A stretch of DNA of 64,000 bases from Chrysomallon squamiferum. Its lineage: Eukaryota > Animalia > Mollusca. The notes below the pieces were generated by a model. The model was not told the origin of the DNA and made no database searches. It was given only the letters and a program-made list of their open reading frames with translations. Location: positions 22,630,001-22,694,000 of the forward strand of contig CM022673.1 of NCBI GenBank assembly GCA_012295275.1, in the 5' to 3' direction. This document shows positions 14,695-26,760 of the stretch, one piece after another (within the stretch, counting starts at the first letter, position 1; every line of letters begins with the position of its first letter). The translations under genes were made by a program, and so were the position numbers.

Positions 14695-15279
14695 ATGGTT
14701 CCCGAGCAACTCTCGATCACGGAACAATCAGCTTATGACACAAGCTGCCACCATGAACTTGGTGTCCAAAACCAGGAGTCACAAGACAGCTCAGAATTCG
14801 GCGGCAGCAACAGTATCAAGGAGGAAGATCTTGACGACGAATTCGATGGCAATGATGGGAACAATTTGTCAAATGAGCACGACTTAGAAAAAAGAGCTCA
14901 GCGTAAACGTTACAAACGAGAAGGAGATCCAAACTGCATCAAGAAGATCCGTTCACGAAAACAGCCTCAAACATTCGAAGACATACAAAATCAACGAGTC
15001 ATGGCTAATGTTCGTGAACGCCAAAGAACTCAGTCCCTGAACGAAGCTTTCGCCCAACTGAGAAAAATCATTCCAACTCTGCCTTCGGACAAACTGAGCA
15101 AAATCCAAACATTAAAATTAGCAGCCAGATATATAGATTTTTTGTACCAAGTGTTACGCAGTGAGGAGATTGACGCGAAACTGAGTACAAGCTGTAATTA
15201 TGTAGCTCATGAAAGACTCAGCTACGCTTTTTCTGTATGGAGAATGGAAGGCGCTTGGTCCATGACTGGAAACTCGTGA
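14695..15279 (+). CDS. twist: Twist bHLH transcription factor (194 aa, single coding exon)
   Basis: The ORF contains the Twist-type b[58 protein letters not shown] and the C-terminal WR motif [16 protein letters not shown]. The first in-frame ATG is at 14695 in strong context (caaaATGg); the track's 14662 start is a TTG. Basic NLS-like stretches [10 protein letters not shown] and KKIRSRK are present. Stop TGA 15277-15279. Confidence 0.98.
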   Translation: MVPEQLSITEQSAYDTSCHHELGVQNQESQDSSEFGGSNSIKEEDLDDEFDGNDGNNLSNEHDLEKRAQRKRYKREGDPNCIKKIRSRKQPQTFEDIQNQRVMANVRERQRTQSLNEAFAQLRKIIPTLPSDKLSKIQTLKLAARYIDFLYQVLRSEEIDAKLSTSCNYVAHERLSYAFSVWRMEGAWSMTGNS

Positions 15280-15300
15280 CGGCTTTCCAGGGACAGTCCA

Positions 15301-15373
15301 GTAAGTACAAGGTTATATTCTTTGTTATATTTTTGGTCTTCTATTTCTTTTTTTCTTTTTTTAAATTTTACAG
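15301..15373 (+). other. Probable 3'-UTR intron of twist (donor firm, acceptor uncertain)
   Basis: Consensus donor CCA|GTAAGT at 15301, 21 nt after the stop. The nearest acceptor is a long pyrimidine tract ending TTTTACAG at 15373, with AATAAA at 15428. More distal acceptors at 17961 and 18119 are also possible. Confidence 0.6.
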
Positions 15374-15786
15374 TAAACCACAGTTTAAATTTAGTGAATT
15401 GTAACTAAAAATAATTCTTTGAGTAAGAATAAAGCCATCAGTAGCAATAACAAAATAAACAATAACAACAAGAAAAAAATAACAGTAATAATAACTAAAA
15501 AATCACCATTAAAGTTGATATATTATTATCAACAAATATTTTATGTAGAATAAGAATACCAAATTTGCAGAAAAGAAAGAACAGTATTAATAAATGTTAA
15601 ATTATTCTCTATTACACTACCTTCTGGGGATTTTAAAACAAAAGTGAAAAGCATTACTTTAACGCGAATAAGAATTTTCATTTAGATATTTGTTTTCATT
15701 TATTATCAACATCGTTTTGTTATCCAAAACAAATATAGCTAAATCACATTAAGTAACAGTCTTTAGAAAAAGACATTATTTAACTC

Positions 15787-15825
<39 letters not shown>

Positions 15826-15964
15826 CTAAAAGTCTATATGTCTGAATGCTTACATATAAATACAGCGGTTAGAATCATGCTAGTGAATTAATGACAATGT
15901 AACATAACGTAATTGCTTATTCATATATATTTTTTCACTTTTATTTATTTATTTATTTATTTTA

Positions 15965-16011
<47 letters not shown>

Positions 16012-19000
16012 AATTATTATTTAAATGTTATGATTATTTTATTTTCATTACTTACTTTTTATTTAAAAATATAAAAAAAAGTTGTGAGGAATGCCTCAAA
16101 CAGTTCACCATTCTATCTCTTTTTAAAGTCCATTTCGCCTATATTCCTGCTGTTTTATAATGTACAGAAATTGAAAGATATATTACGAAAAATAAATAAT
16201 TCGCCTAAATACCTCGATATCGTATTTGTACCATGTAGAGCTATCAGCCCTGTTGAAATCTGAGTAAATATATTTCCGCTATGGGAATCCTTATCGCCAG
16301 GCTCCGATAACATACGAAGATGAATGAGCATTTCTCATAAATTAACCTTTAAAATGAATTAACCGTTTAACAAAGAAGTGCGTCCAGTTTTAATTCATAT
16401 AAAAAACTTTATATTTATTATTATTATTATTATGATTATTATTATTATTATTATTATTATCATCATCATTATTATTACTGATAGCCAGCTTTACAATTCC
16501 TTTTTTGTGGTACAATATATTTTTATTGTTATTATTATATTCATGAGTAAGCTTTTCCTTAAAAATATACTTATGTTTCTTTAATGTTAAATAAAGGTTT
16601 CTATCTGAGGCATTTAATATTGCCACAAACTCCTGTAGCTAAAAACCTATGAGAAGGTGTATTCATTTTTATTTCAAATTCTTATTTTTTACATATTGAC
16701 TAAAGAAAAAGATAGGCATGCCAGACCATGAGAAGGAATTACGTTTCTTATCATGACATAAATGAGATAAGAATTTTACACCGGAAACCAATAACTGACA
16801 GATTTGAAAACTTAAACAACATAAATGACTAGGAAATTACGTTTCCTTTTTAAAAGCAAATATACATTTACATAGCGACTTTTTCGAGTTTGTATGAGTC
16901 TCTTCATAATAAATTTGTTTATATTATAGACTACTTTTAATTGTAATATCCTTTTAAAAAATATATATATATATATTTGTTATACTACTATTATTATTAT
17001 TATCATTAATTTTTGTTTTGCTGCATTTTTCATTTCATTCATTAATTTATTTAGTTAATATTTTAGAAATTTAATTACGTTTTTCATAATATTTATGTAT
17101 GTGCAATGATGAAACAAATATATGACAATGAAATAAAAAATAAACAATGCTATAATATTAATTACATATATACGTACCTAATTTTCTTTTCTTTTATTAT
17201 TATTGTTATTATTATTATTATTATTATCATTATTATTATTATTATTATTATTTTAACAATGAAATATATATTTAGTGCTTCTTGTAGTTATACTGTATAA
17301 AACCAAATGTCCTGTTATTTTCCTAAAACTGATTTTGTCTTATCCTCTGCTGTGTGATAAACCAGTTTAACTGTAAAAAATATTTAAACTCTCTTTTCAC
17401 CGGAAATCCATTAAGACGCGTATTAGAGACCACTTTCCTAACAGCTGATAATACATAGTTTACTTGTAACGCGTCATCACAACTTAACACTCAGGGGAAA
17501 CGTCCGCGGCTTTCCATTTTATAAACACGTGCTTCAGTTGATATATATAAACTTCCTTATAAAAAGGTTAATCAAATAAATAAACAAAAATAATAATTAA
17601 GAAAAAAAGAGGAAAATTTGAATACATAATATATTTTAATCAACTGAAATATAATAGTAATAATATTAAGAATAAAATCAATAATAAAAATAAATTAAGA
17701 TACAAATTTAGAAAATCTTAATACAGGAGAAATATGAACGAATCAATTTAAGATATACTGTTTTAAGATTCATAAAATTAAAAAAAAAGACTGTAACTGA
17801 TCAGCAAATTTTTGATTTATTTAGAAAGTCTATATTCGTAAGTAAAAATTATTTTCTAAATTAATTTTCTAAAATTTCATTTTGAAAATCTACCCGTGTG
17901 TCTTTTTTTGAAACATTTTGGTTTCTTTGATTACTTTTATTTAAATCTTTTTAAATCGCAGTAATATTTACATTTCTCTCTATACATTTTGATCACTCTT
18001 GAACTGAAATTGAAAACTACAAAATAAAAATATCAAAACTTGTCATGTATGACAAACGTTTGATAATAATTAAGTCTGAGAAACCATCTGTTTTTGCATC
18101 TCATGGGCTATTTATTCAGATCTGTGTCCCTTTTTAAATGATTTAAAACCACAAACCGTAGCCTCGGGTCAACCAGTGATAAAACAGAGACTGTAACCAT
18201 AAGTAAGTAAATCACTAGCTCATCCCGTATAACTATAAAAACTTGTATTAAAATTGCTGAACGTGTGTCCATGGGTTCCGTATTTCATTATTTTGCTAGT
18301 CAGCTATGTTTCAAATTAGCCGTCGTCTAGTTTACATATGGGAATTGTATTGTATATTCTTGTATATGAACAAATTAAACTGAGTGGGATACTATACTTT
18401 CTATATGAGTTTGGATCACTCCGTCTTTTTATTTCTGAATAACATTATTTATACTGACTTGAATTTTTAATCTTCGTCAGACTAATTCAAATTATATTAA
18501 TATTAACCTTTATGAACTTCGGCCCTATATTAAGCCATTATTTGTTAAGTTATAACTTTTTCATTACTACTGCCAGCTCTGATTAAATGTTAAAATAATT
18601 TTTGAAAATAAATGTTTTAATAAATTAGATGTATATTATCGAAGTCTTCTAACCAAACCCACAGTAGTTTTAATACACATTCTGGTTACCCTGTGCATGT
18701 AATCTATTTATTTGGTAAAACAATAACATTTTATTACTGACATATGAAATATATTTTTATACACTAGTGTACATCTGTATAAACACAGACATGCTGCTTT
18801 TTTCTTCTATTTTTTTCATGTTTTTAAACAATTTTTAATTACTTGAATAACAGCTGCAGGAGGCGGCAGGAAAGTGCGTTTGATCTTATTAGAAACACGA
18901 AAGAAACAACAACAAACGAACAATAAGAAACCTAGCTTCGATTAGAAAAATGTTTATCCTCAACATAATAATTCGCCGCAAGCGATTATCTCGTGCTCTC

Positions 19001-20371
19001 CGTTGCTATGGAAACTCAGAAAATAATCCACACAAGTATACAAGTAATAAAATGGCATTGCTCCGGTTGAAACGACGGAGGTGAGACTCGTAGGGTTTAT
19101 ACTCTGAGCAAATTTTCTGAAATGCTAGAATGTCATCTTTCCTACACCTGCGCGTGTCTGGCTACTTATGAATTCTTTATCTTTCCAAAGACTACATGCT
19201 TGTAGTCACTCATAAACACACACACACATACACACAGAAACAACTGTCCTAATTACAATATTACTTTTTTTTAAAATAATTTCAGTATATATATAATTTT
19301 CATGTCATAATTCAAAGTATGTTAAAACTGAATTTAATTATAACCAATGTCGTCAAAACGGATAAGCTACATTTTCAGTATATTTAAACTTAAAATTGTT
19401 TTTCATCAAAATTACTTTAGATGTTTTTCTCGTCTGTTAATGCATGAGTTATTTTTTCCTTGCTTTTTGGTCTTGATGAATTAAAAATGTGAGTGTTTTG
19501 ATACTTACAATAAATCAAAAATAAGCGTCTGAAAAATAATGCTGGGAAGTCTTTTCGGGTCTTTGCCGTTCTCCATTGAGATGATTGGAACTGGCACAAA
19601 AAAAAAAAATGGACACCTGCAATTGAACGAAATAAAATGCCTGCTAGTTCGTGGTGTATAAGTAAAACTCAAGAGAATGTCGTGGTTAGATACTTCACAG
19701 GCGGTAGAACTGGAGGCGGCAGACGTCGTTAAACACATCACAGGAAGTAAGAACAAGTGTATCATACTGCTTTCTTCATGAAGGCGAAATTCAATATGGC
19801 AAATATATGGAAAACAGTTCGAAAAATCATACCTTTTGCCTCGTTTCTGCAGACAGTGTGTTTTCGTGGAGTAGACATGCAGCGAGGTAGATTCTTTGAT
19901 TATTTCCCCTTATTAAAAGCAGTCACAATGTTCAATACTTATTTTTATTACATTTAATTTATTTACGTTCTGAGCGTTTTTGTACGATAAACAAGTATCA
20001 ACTATAGAAGATTTTTTCCCCTTCTTTTCATTTCACTCAAATTATTAGTATGAAAAGAGATAAAAAGTTACTTTAAATAATGAAGAACATTATGATGTTG
20101 ATGATGAAGATAAGAATAAATTACAGTTATATAATCATCAAGTTCATAATTATTAACCATTCAGAAAAAGAAATAAAGTGAGATTTTATAGTTTTTATGA
20201 CAGAATTTGTGATGTTTAAACAGCCCCTTATTTGCTGAAGGCAATGTATCTTGCTAACTCGCGGAAACTAATTAATCAATACAAGCAGCCAATACAGTTA
20301 TAGATTAAACAGTATTTTGGAGCGTTGTTATTTCTTCAGTTGTTTGGGCAGTTTCTTTGGCTTTCTTAAAA

Positions 20372-20405
<34 letters not shown>

Positions 20406-21719
20406 GAAAAAATGTTATAAAAAAGAGCGAACATTTACATTTTTTACCTGCACCGTCCTCTAACTGTTTTTCCGAACATTTTTTTTTATGACCGGAAGTT
20501 AAGAAATTCCATCAAATAAAACGTTTTCTTTATGAAAGTGTTGCCTAAAAGTCGGATACATAATGTAATCATAGCTCCATTTCCCTTTCTGCTGGAAGCC
20601 GACACTAAATCCCGTACACTTGACCTCTTACACGTTTCTTAGAGACACCTGGCTAAAACGTTCACATGTAAAATGTACCCAGTTAATCACAAACAGACAG
20701 TCTCAGTTTCGTCTCTTTTCTGTACATTTCAAAATTTTATGCATACATTGATAACGAGCTTGTGTGCTGTTTTTGTGTTCATGCGTATGTAGCTATATAT
20801 GTCTGTATGTATACCTGTATGTACTTTTTTGATATTTCTGTTTCTTTTTATTGTAGTAATTTTAGATTATTAAACACAAATATAATATTTTGGTTGCAAA
20901 GGTCGAAAAACTGGCACAAATAAATAGCAATCTAGCAGCTATGACACTTTAGCAAATTAACGAAATTAAATTATGCATACAGAACTGTTATAAGCTTGCG
21001 ATATCAGAATTTGTAAATAATCATTCGTTTATGAAGTTAGCAATAATCACTGTGGACTCCTGACCCAGAGGCCATCCTTGGCAATGTCAGAGATCGCAGC
21101 CGACTTAGGCGTCCCTGAACATACTTCTGGACGTGGGCACGTAAAACGAGTTCCCACACCTCCAGTACTATAAATTAATGAAATTAAGCCTCGGAAATTG
21201 ACTTTTTCTATAAAATAGCTATTACTTCATTGCAACCATTAAGCGTAAACCATAGCAGACAAACATCTTTTATGCCAACCTATAATAATCCAGTTTAAAC
21301 TCCTACCAGGATCACTTTGGCACAATTTGGCGAAGAGAAAATTCTGAAGGACACTATACGTTATTTCAGCCATTGCAAAATCTACGCGCACGTGCCTTTC
21401 ACCGCCTTTGAACTCTGATTAACTGCGATTCCCTCACTAATGGGTTCGTGCACGTGTTTTTTGTAGAAAGAGATGTTACGGACAATGGTATTTGTGAACT
21501 GACTGGGTAGCGGTCATAATAAAACGGTTGTGAAATAATCTTGCTTATTTACAGATATTAAAAATTAAAACTAAATAACTACTGATCTTCTTATATTATT
21601 TTTGCTATTACTGCTATTATTTATTTATTTATATTATTACCTTGATATAACAGTATTCTACAGCTTCACCGAGCCACATGGTTTTGCTTAAAAAAGAACA
21701 GTATTATATTCGCATTTTA

Positions 21720-21783
21720 TTACATATAACACATATAACACATATACATATGCACAGACATATATACATATACAAACACACAG

Positions 21784-21814
<31 letters not shown>

Positions 21815-22031
21815 CACACACACACACACATATATAATATATACACACATACATATATAAATACACAAGCCCATTCATATATATATGTATACATATATAC
21901 ATACATACATATTATGTATGCTTGCACGCGTACATAGATACATACAGACACGTTCATACAAATGTACCTAATGTAAATATGCATACCACAGTTAATATAG
22001 CCTCATTCTGTCAGTTCAAATATAGCATAAG

Positions 22032-22099
<68 letters not shown>

Positions 22100-22329
22100 T
22101 CAATATATATATATATATATATACAGGGTGGTCCAAAAGTAGGTGAACAGTAAATTATAACATTTATTTTGAGATTACATATACAATTATATATATATAT
22201 ATATATACAGATTAAATTTAAATAATTGTAGTTATAAAATTTTAAATATTATAGCTCACATACCATAGTTATAATGAACACCATTGTAATAATATAACCC
22301 TAACCCTAACCCACATGTGTACATGTATA

Positions 22330-22383
<54 letters not shown>

Positions 22384-22400
22384 TGAGTGTTTGTGTGTGT
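21720..22400. repeat. Compound (CA)n/(TA)n/(GT)n microsatellite region with a (TAACCC)3 tract
   Basis: Alternating purine-pyrimidine tracts; (TAACCC)3 at 22295-22312. Confidence 0.9.
22124..22185. mobile_element. Tc1/mariner terminal fragment inserted in a (TA)n run
   Basis: TA|CAGGGTGGTCCAAAAGT follows a (TA)n tract directly, which is a typical Tc1/mariner TIR start. I found no matching second TIR. Confidence 0.55.
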
Positions 22401-22636
22401 GCAAATATATATAGGGGTTGGTTTTGGTTTATATTTGTTCTGACTGACCATTTAATTACGAACTGTCAACAATTGCTAAAGATGCTATAAGCTGCGGTTT
22501 ATATTATTTCTGACATTAAATCATTATCTCAAATATTATTCATGCACTGGTTTTTGATGTACTTTTTATGTGCAATAATTAACTGCTTTTGTAAGCAGGA
22601 CTTCACCTACTTCCAATAACTAAATGTCAATAAGCA

Positions 22637-22637
<1 letters not shown>

Positions 22638-22681
<44 letters not shown>
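22638..22681. repeat. Poly(A) tract
   Basis: Run of ~44 A whose start overlaps an AATAAA. Other long A/T runs are near 755, 10850, 27551 and 62005. Confidence 0.9.
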
Positions 22682-22683
<2 letters not shown>

Positions 22684-23731
22684 CCTGTGCCAATTTCCAC
22701 CAGTAAATAAGAACGACAGATCAATGCTGTGCAGCTAAGCTTAACAAGTTCACCATGATTTGGATTTTATTGGAAAAATGCTTATTACAGAAACATGTTG
22801 CTGCTGGATATGTGTGTGTGTACGAGAGAGAGGGAGAGAGAGAAGAAGAAGAAGAAGAAGTGTGGGTTAATAATTATATCTTATCACCAATAAATATTCA
22901 GCGTCATACACATTTTGTTTTTGTCTTTGTTTACATGACCAACCTCGTGCTCTCCTCACACCAAATGAGTACCACTTAAAATATCATAAAACTGCGAGAC
23001 AGTATAAGGTAACAGCATCAAAACTGAAACTTCTCCAGCCTCCATATAATTTCAAGTGCCCATTCCGGCGGCGACGAGCCGTTCACCGTGAGGACCGCTC
23101 GTCTCGCTACAACCACGGCCCCGGGGAATAGCAATGAACATGTATTATGTGTCCTAGACCCCCGTGTTTGTTCTGGTTAGCGGCTGGAACAATCAAGCGA
23201 ATGTCTGTCTCTTTGAACTGTATGTTCGCGTAATTCAACCCAACAACTGAGGACCGAATTACCGTATCCCGCCTTTGGACGTCCACTTGAAGTTCACAAT
23301 GAAAGAAATAATAATAATAATAATAATTCTATTACATTTTTTAAAATTTTATACATGAAGATGTTTTATTTATCAATTATTTCAGTATGTTCTTTTCATT
23401 CAGTTCTCTTTTAGGGGAATATTTTTTTAACAGAATTTCACTAAATCGTTTCTTGTTTGCTGTATAATTTTCAACAATCTTTCGCCTCAGTATTTTCAGT
23501 ATTTTCGCATTTAAAATAAAAACAATCAGAAATGGTGTTCGCTATTACCTTATTACAATGGCGGTGGCTAGACGCATGGCATTAATGGTATTTACAGACT
23601 ATTTCCTGTCAAAAAGTAATTCTTCTTCTTCCCACAGTTTCTGTGTTACCTTCTTGTTAATATGGACTAGTTTGGTCGGTAGATTTCACCCTGTGACACT
23701 ATCTGATTTAAAGGGATCCGCTGTCTATAAC

Positions 23732-23796
23732 GGGGTACGGAAAAAATGGCACAGTATTATATCACATTTCACATACATAAACACACAAACATATAA

Positions 23797-23848
<52 letters not shown>

Positions 23849-24347
23849 AAGACCTTATGCTATGTTTGAATAGACAGAATGATAGATATTATTCTGGAGG
23901 ATGTTTTAACTGTGGTATGCGTATTTATATTATATACATCTGTATGAATGTGTCTCTATGTATAAACGTTTAATCATTTATCTATGTGAAAGCATACATG
24001 TATGTATGTGTGTATGTGTTTGTATGTATGTATGTATGTATGTACGTATGTATGTATGTGTGTGTGTATATATGTATGTGTATATGTGTAATATTAAACT
24101 CTGATATAATACTGTACTTTGTTAAGCAAAACCAAGTGTCTGAGTGATGCCATTTATTAATATACATATATGTAACAATATTGCATGAATGAACAGTATT
24201 TTCAAAAGTACTTTTAAGTGTTTTTTTTAAAGCAACAATATAGAAAAAATAAATAGGGTGCCATTTCTTCCAAATCTGCACAGTGCCATTTCTTCCGGGT
24301 GTCCTTGTTTCCGAGGGCCACTTTTTCCGGTGCCATTTTTTCCTACA
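23732..24347. mobile_element. Foldback/MULE-like non-autonomous element with sub-repeated TIR
   Basis: The left end GGGGTACGGAAAAAATGGCAC is inverted relative to the right end GTGCCATTTTTTCCTACA. The right arm has ~5 copies of a GTGCCATTTYTTCC-like unit (24258-24343). The direct repeat TCTATAAC flanks both sides (23724-23731 and 24348-24355), consistent with an 8-9 bp TSD. Confidence 0.65.
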
Positions 24348-26698
24348 TCTATAACCATCTATAACATCCCAGCAGCAGTAATAGATTTTCTTTAAAACTA
24401 TTTCAATACCATAGTTTTGTATATTTTTTGGTCTGAGAACTGATTCTGACTAAATCGGATAAATATTTAAAAATAATAAATGTTGATATATAGTAGCTTC
24501 CTTCTTTCGTTGTTTAAACTGTTGTTGTTTCTGAAAATAAATTATTAAAAGAAGAGAACAAAGACCATGTACTCAGAAAACCCCCCAAAAAAACCCAACT
24601 CGTTCTGAAGAAAATAAATAAATAAATAAAAATAATGTTAATATTCAATATCATGCAAAATATATATATTTTAGCATAAATGTATTATTTATTTAACGAT
24701 TCAGTCAAAGAGAAAAGAAGAAAAGGATTATCAAACTATTCCACGAATTCTTTTTAAGGACAGTTCTATAATTTACGCACATCCGACGTTACGCTAAAAC
24801 TAAGATTGTCAAATGTTTTAAAACTCCGAGTAGAAAAATGGCGGCCGTGTGTGTCAGACATCGGTAGCAGACGTCAGTATCAGACGACAAAACAGCTGCG
24901 CTGACTTGTCACAAATGACAGGCGTTCTTCTCACTTCCCGTAAACATCTTTGATATTACTCTTAAAGAAATTTAGTTAAACTTGTTCCTATGTACAGTAT
25001 TTTGGGAATAAACAGAACAAACAGACAGAAAACACTGACATTGGTTGTGTTGAAATTTTAACTAAAATGCCTATTTCCCAAAACAGGATGCTGTCGATGT
25101 AGAGAAAGTAAACTAATCATGAACAAAGGCTGATTGGGAAATATGTTTATTAACCATCCTCAAAATACCTAGTTATGAGTGTTCTGAATAAGCTACAATG
25201 ATATTTAGCTGAGATAATATTTCTGTCAAATCAAAATAATCTGTATTTTTGAGAATGTTCAGTTTGAGAAAAATATCTAAGGGAAAGACAGAGTTAGTAT
25301 TATACTATATTAACATGAGTTTTCCCTTATTATCATTATTGTATATTTTGATTTCAAATATTTAAAAAAATAAAAATAAAATAAAAATAAAGAAAAACAG
25401 AAAAAATTAACCAAGTAAAAAGTAAAAAAGTAAACCAGCACAACACAAAGAAACGACATAACTAACACCTTAATAGAAACACATATACATGTTACGGTAA
25501 TTTCTATGAAAGAGACATTTAAATTTTTATTGCTTTATATTTTTGAGTTTTATATACGTTATATATACATACACTCATGCACAAACAAACATATTGATAT
25601 ATATATGTTTATTTTATATCTGTTTCCCAGTATGAATTTTCTCAATTCTTTGAAGTATATATCGCCGAATTAATTCATTCTAGAGGTAATTTGCGTCTTA
25701 TATCTATCGCATTACATAAGATTTCTATCGAAAGAGAGTAAGTACAAAATAAAGTCAATATAAGCAGACATTAATGATCTGTTAAAGAGAGATTCTGTAA
25801 AACTTCAAAACCAATGTCATTTGTGAGGATAATTTTGTTACTGTATGCTGACGTAAAAAAAAAAATTAATAATAATAACAATAAAATAAAATAACATAAA
25901 TAAAAAGATTAGAGTAACAAAAATTAAATTTTCTTCTGAAAGCTATATAAATTATGTAATGCAGTTCTGAAAAGAGACTGAAAATAAAGCAATGTCAGTA
26001 TAAATATAATGTCAGGAAGGCCATAGCAAATTGCTGAAATCAAATAATATATAGTTTTAACTATTTCTATTTTCAGATAGCTACCTGATGTCTCAGAAGA
26101 CTTCAAAGCCAATGTGATTGACGTCCCTAATTTATGTTGACTGTGGCCACATGATGACAGTCGTCACGGTAACCAGTTTTACAAACTAATGCAGTTTTTG
26201 TACTGCAATCTCGAATATTTTGCTGTGTAACGAATCAACTGATAACTGTCCGATATTTATCACGTTTCAATTCAAAATTCCTATTTGTTGGATTAAAAAG
26301 AGAACATATATTTTCTTCTTTCCTTCGCTTTCACAACAGAATTATTGAATAAACTTCCTTAACACTCGAGTGAAACGCACGTTTTATGTACAACTTCATC
26401 AGAAATCCATTCTTATAAAAGAAGGTATTACTTTATGTTCAAGTATCTTAAACAATTTTTCAAATCATGAAACATAAATATAATTTTGTATGTTTATGTG
26501 TATTCAGTAAATTGCAATATTCTTAATATATTTTAAAGAACTCATTAACTTTTTCATGCTTTGACCATATAATCAACAGTAGTGTTACTTACAGTGAGTA
26601 ATTAGATTAGCAAAATAATTATTAATGGTTGAATACATCATTTAATGGCTCAGTATTCCTTATAGCCAAATACAAAGACAGTGCTTTATACATTTCTT

Positions 26699-26760
<62 letters not shown>

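Noticed and set aside
22630-22681. AATAAA plus poly(A) as the tail of a processed pseudogene
   Set aside because: There is no upstream ORF remnant or TSD, and long A runs are common in this window.
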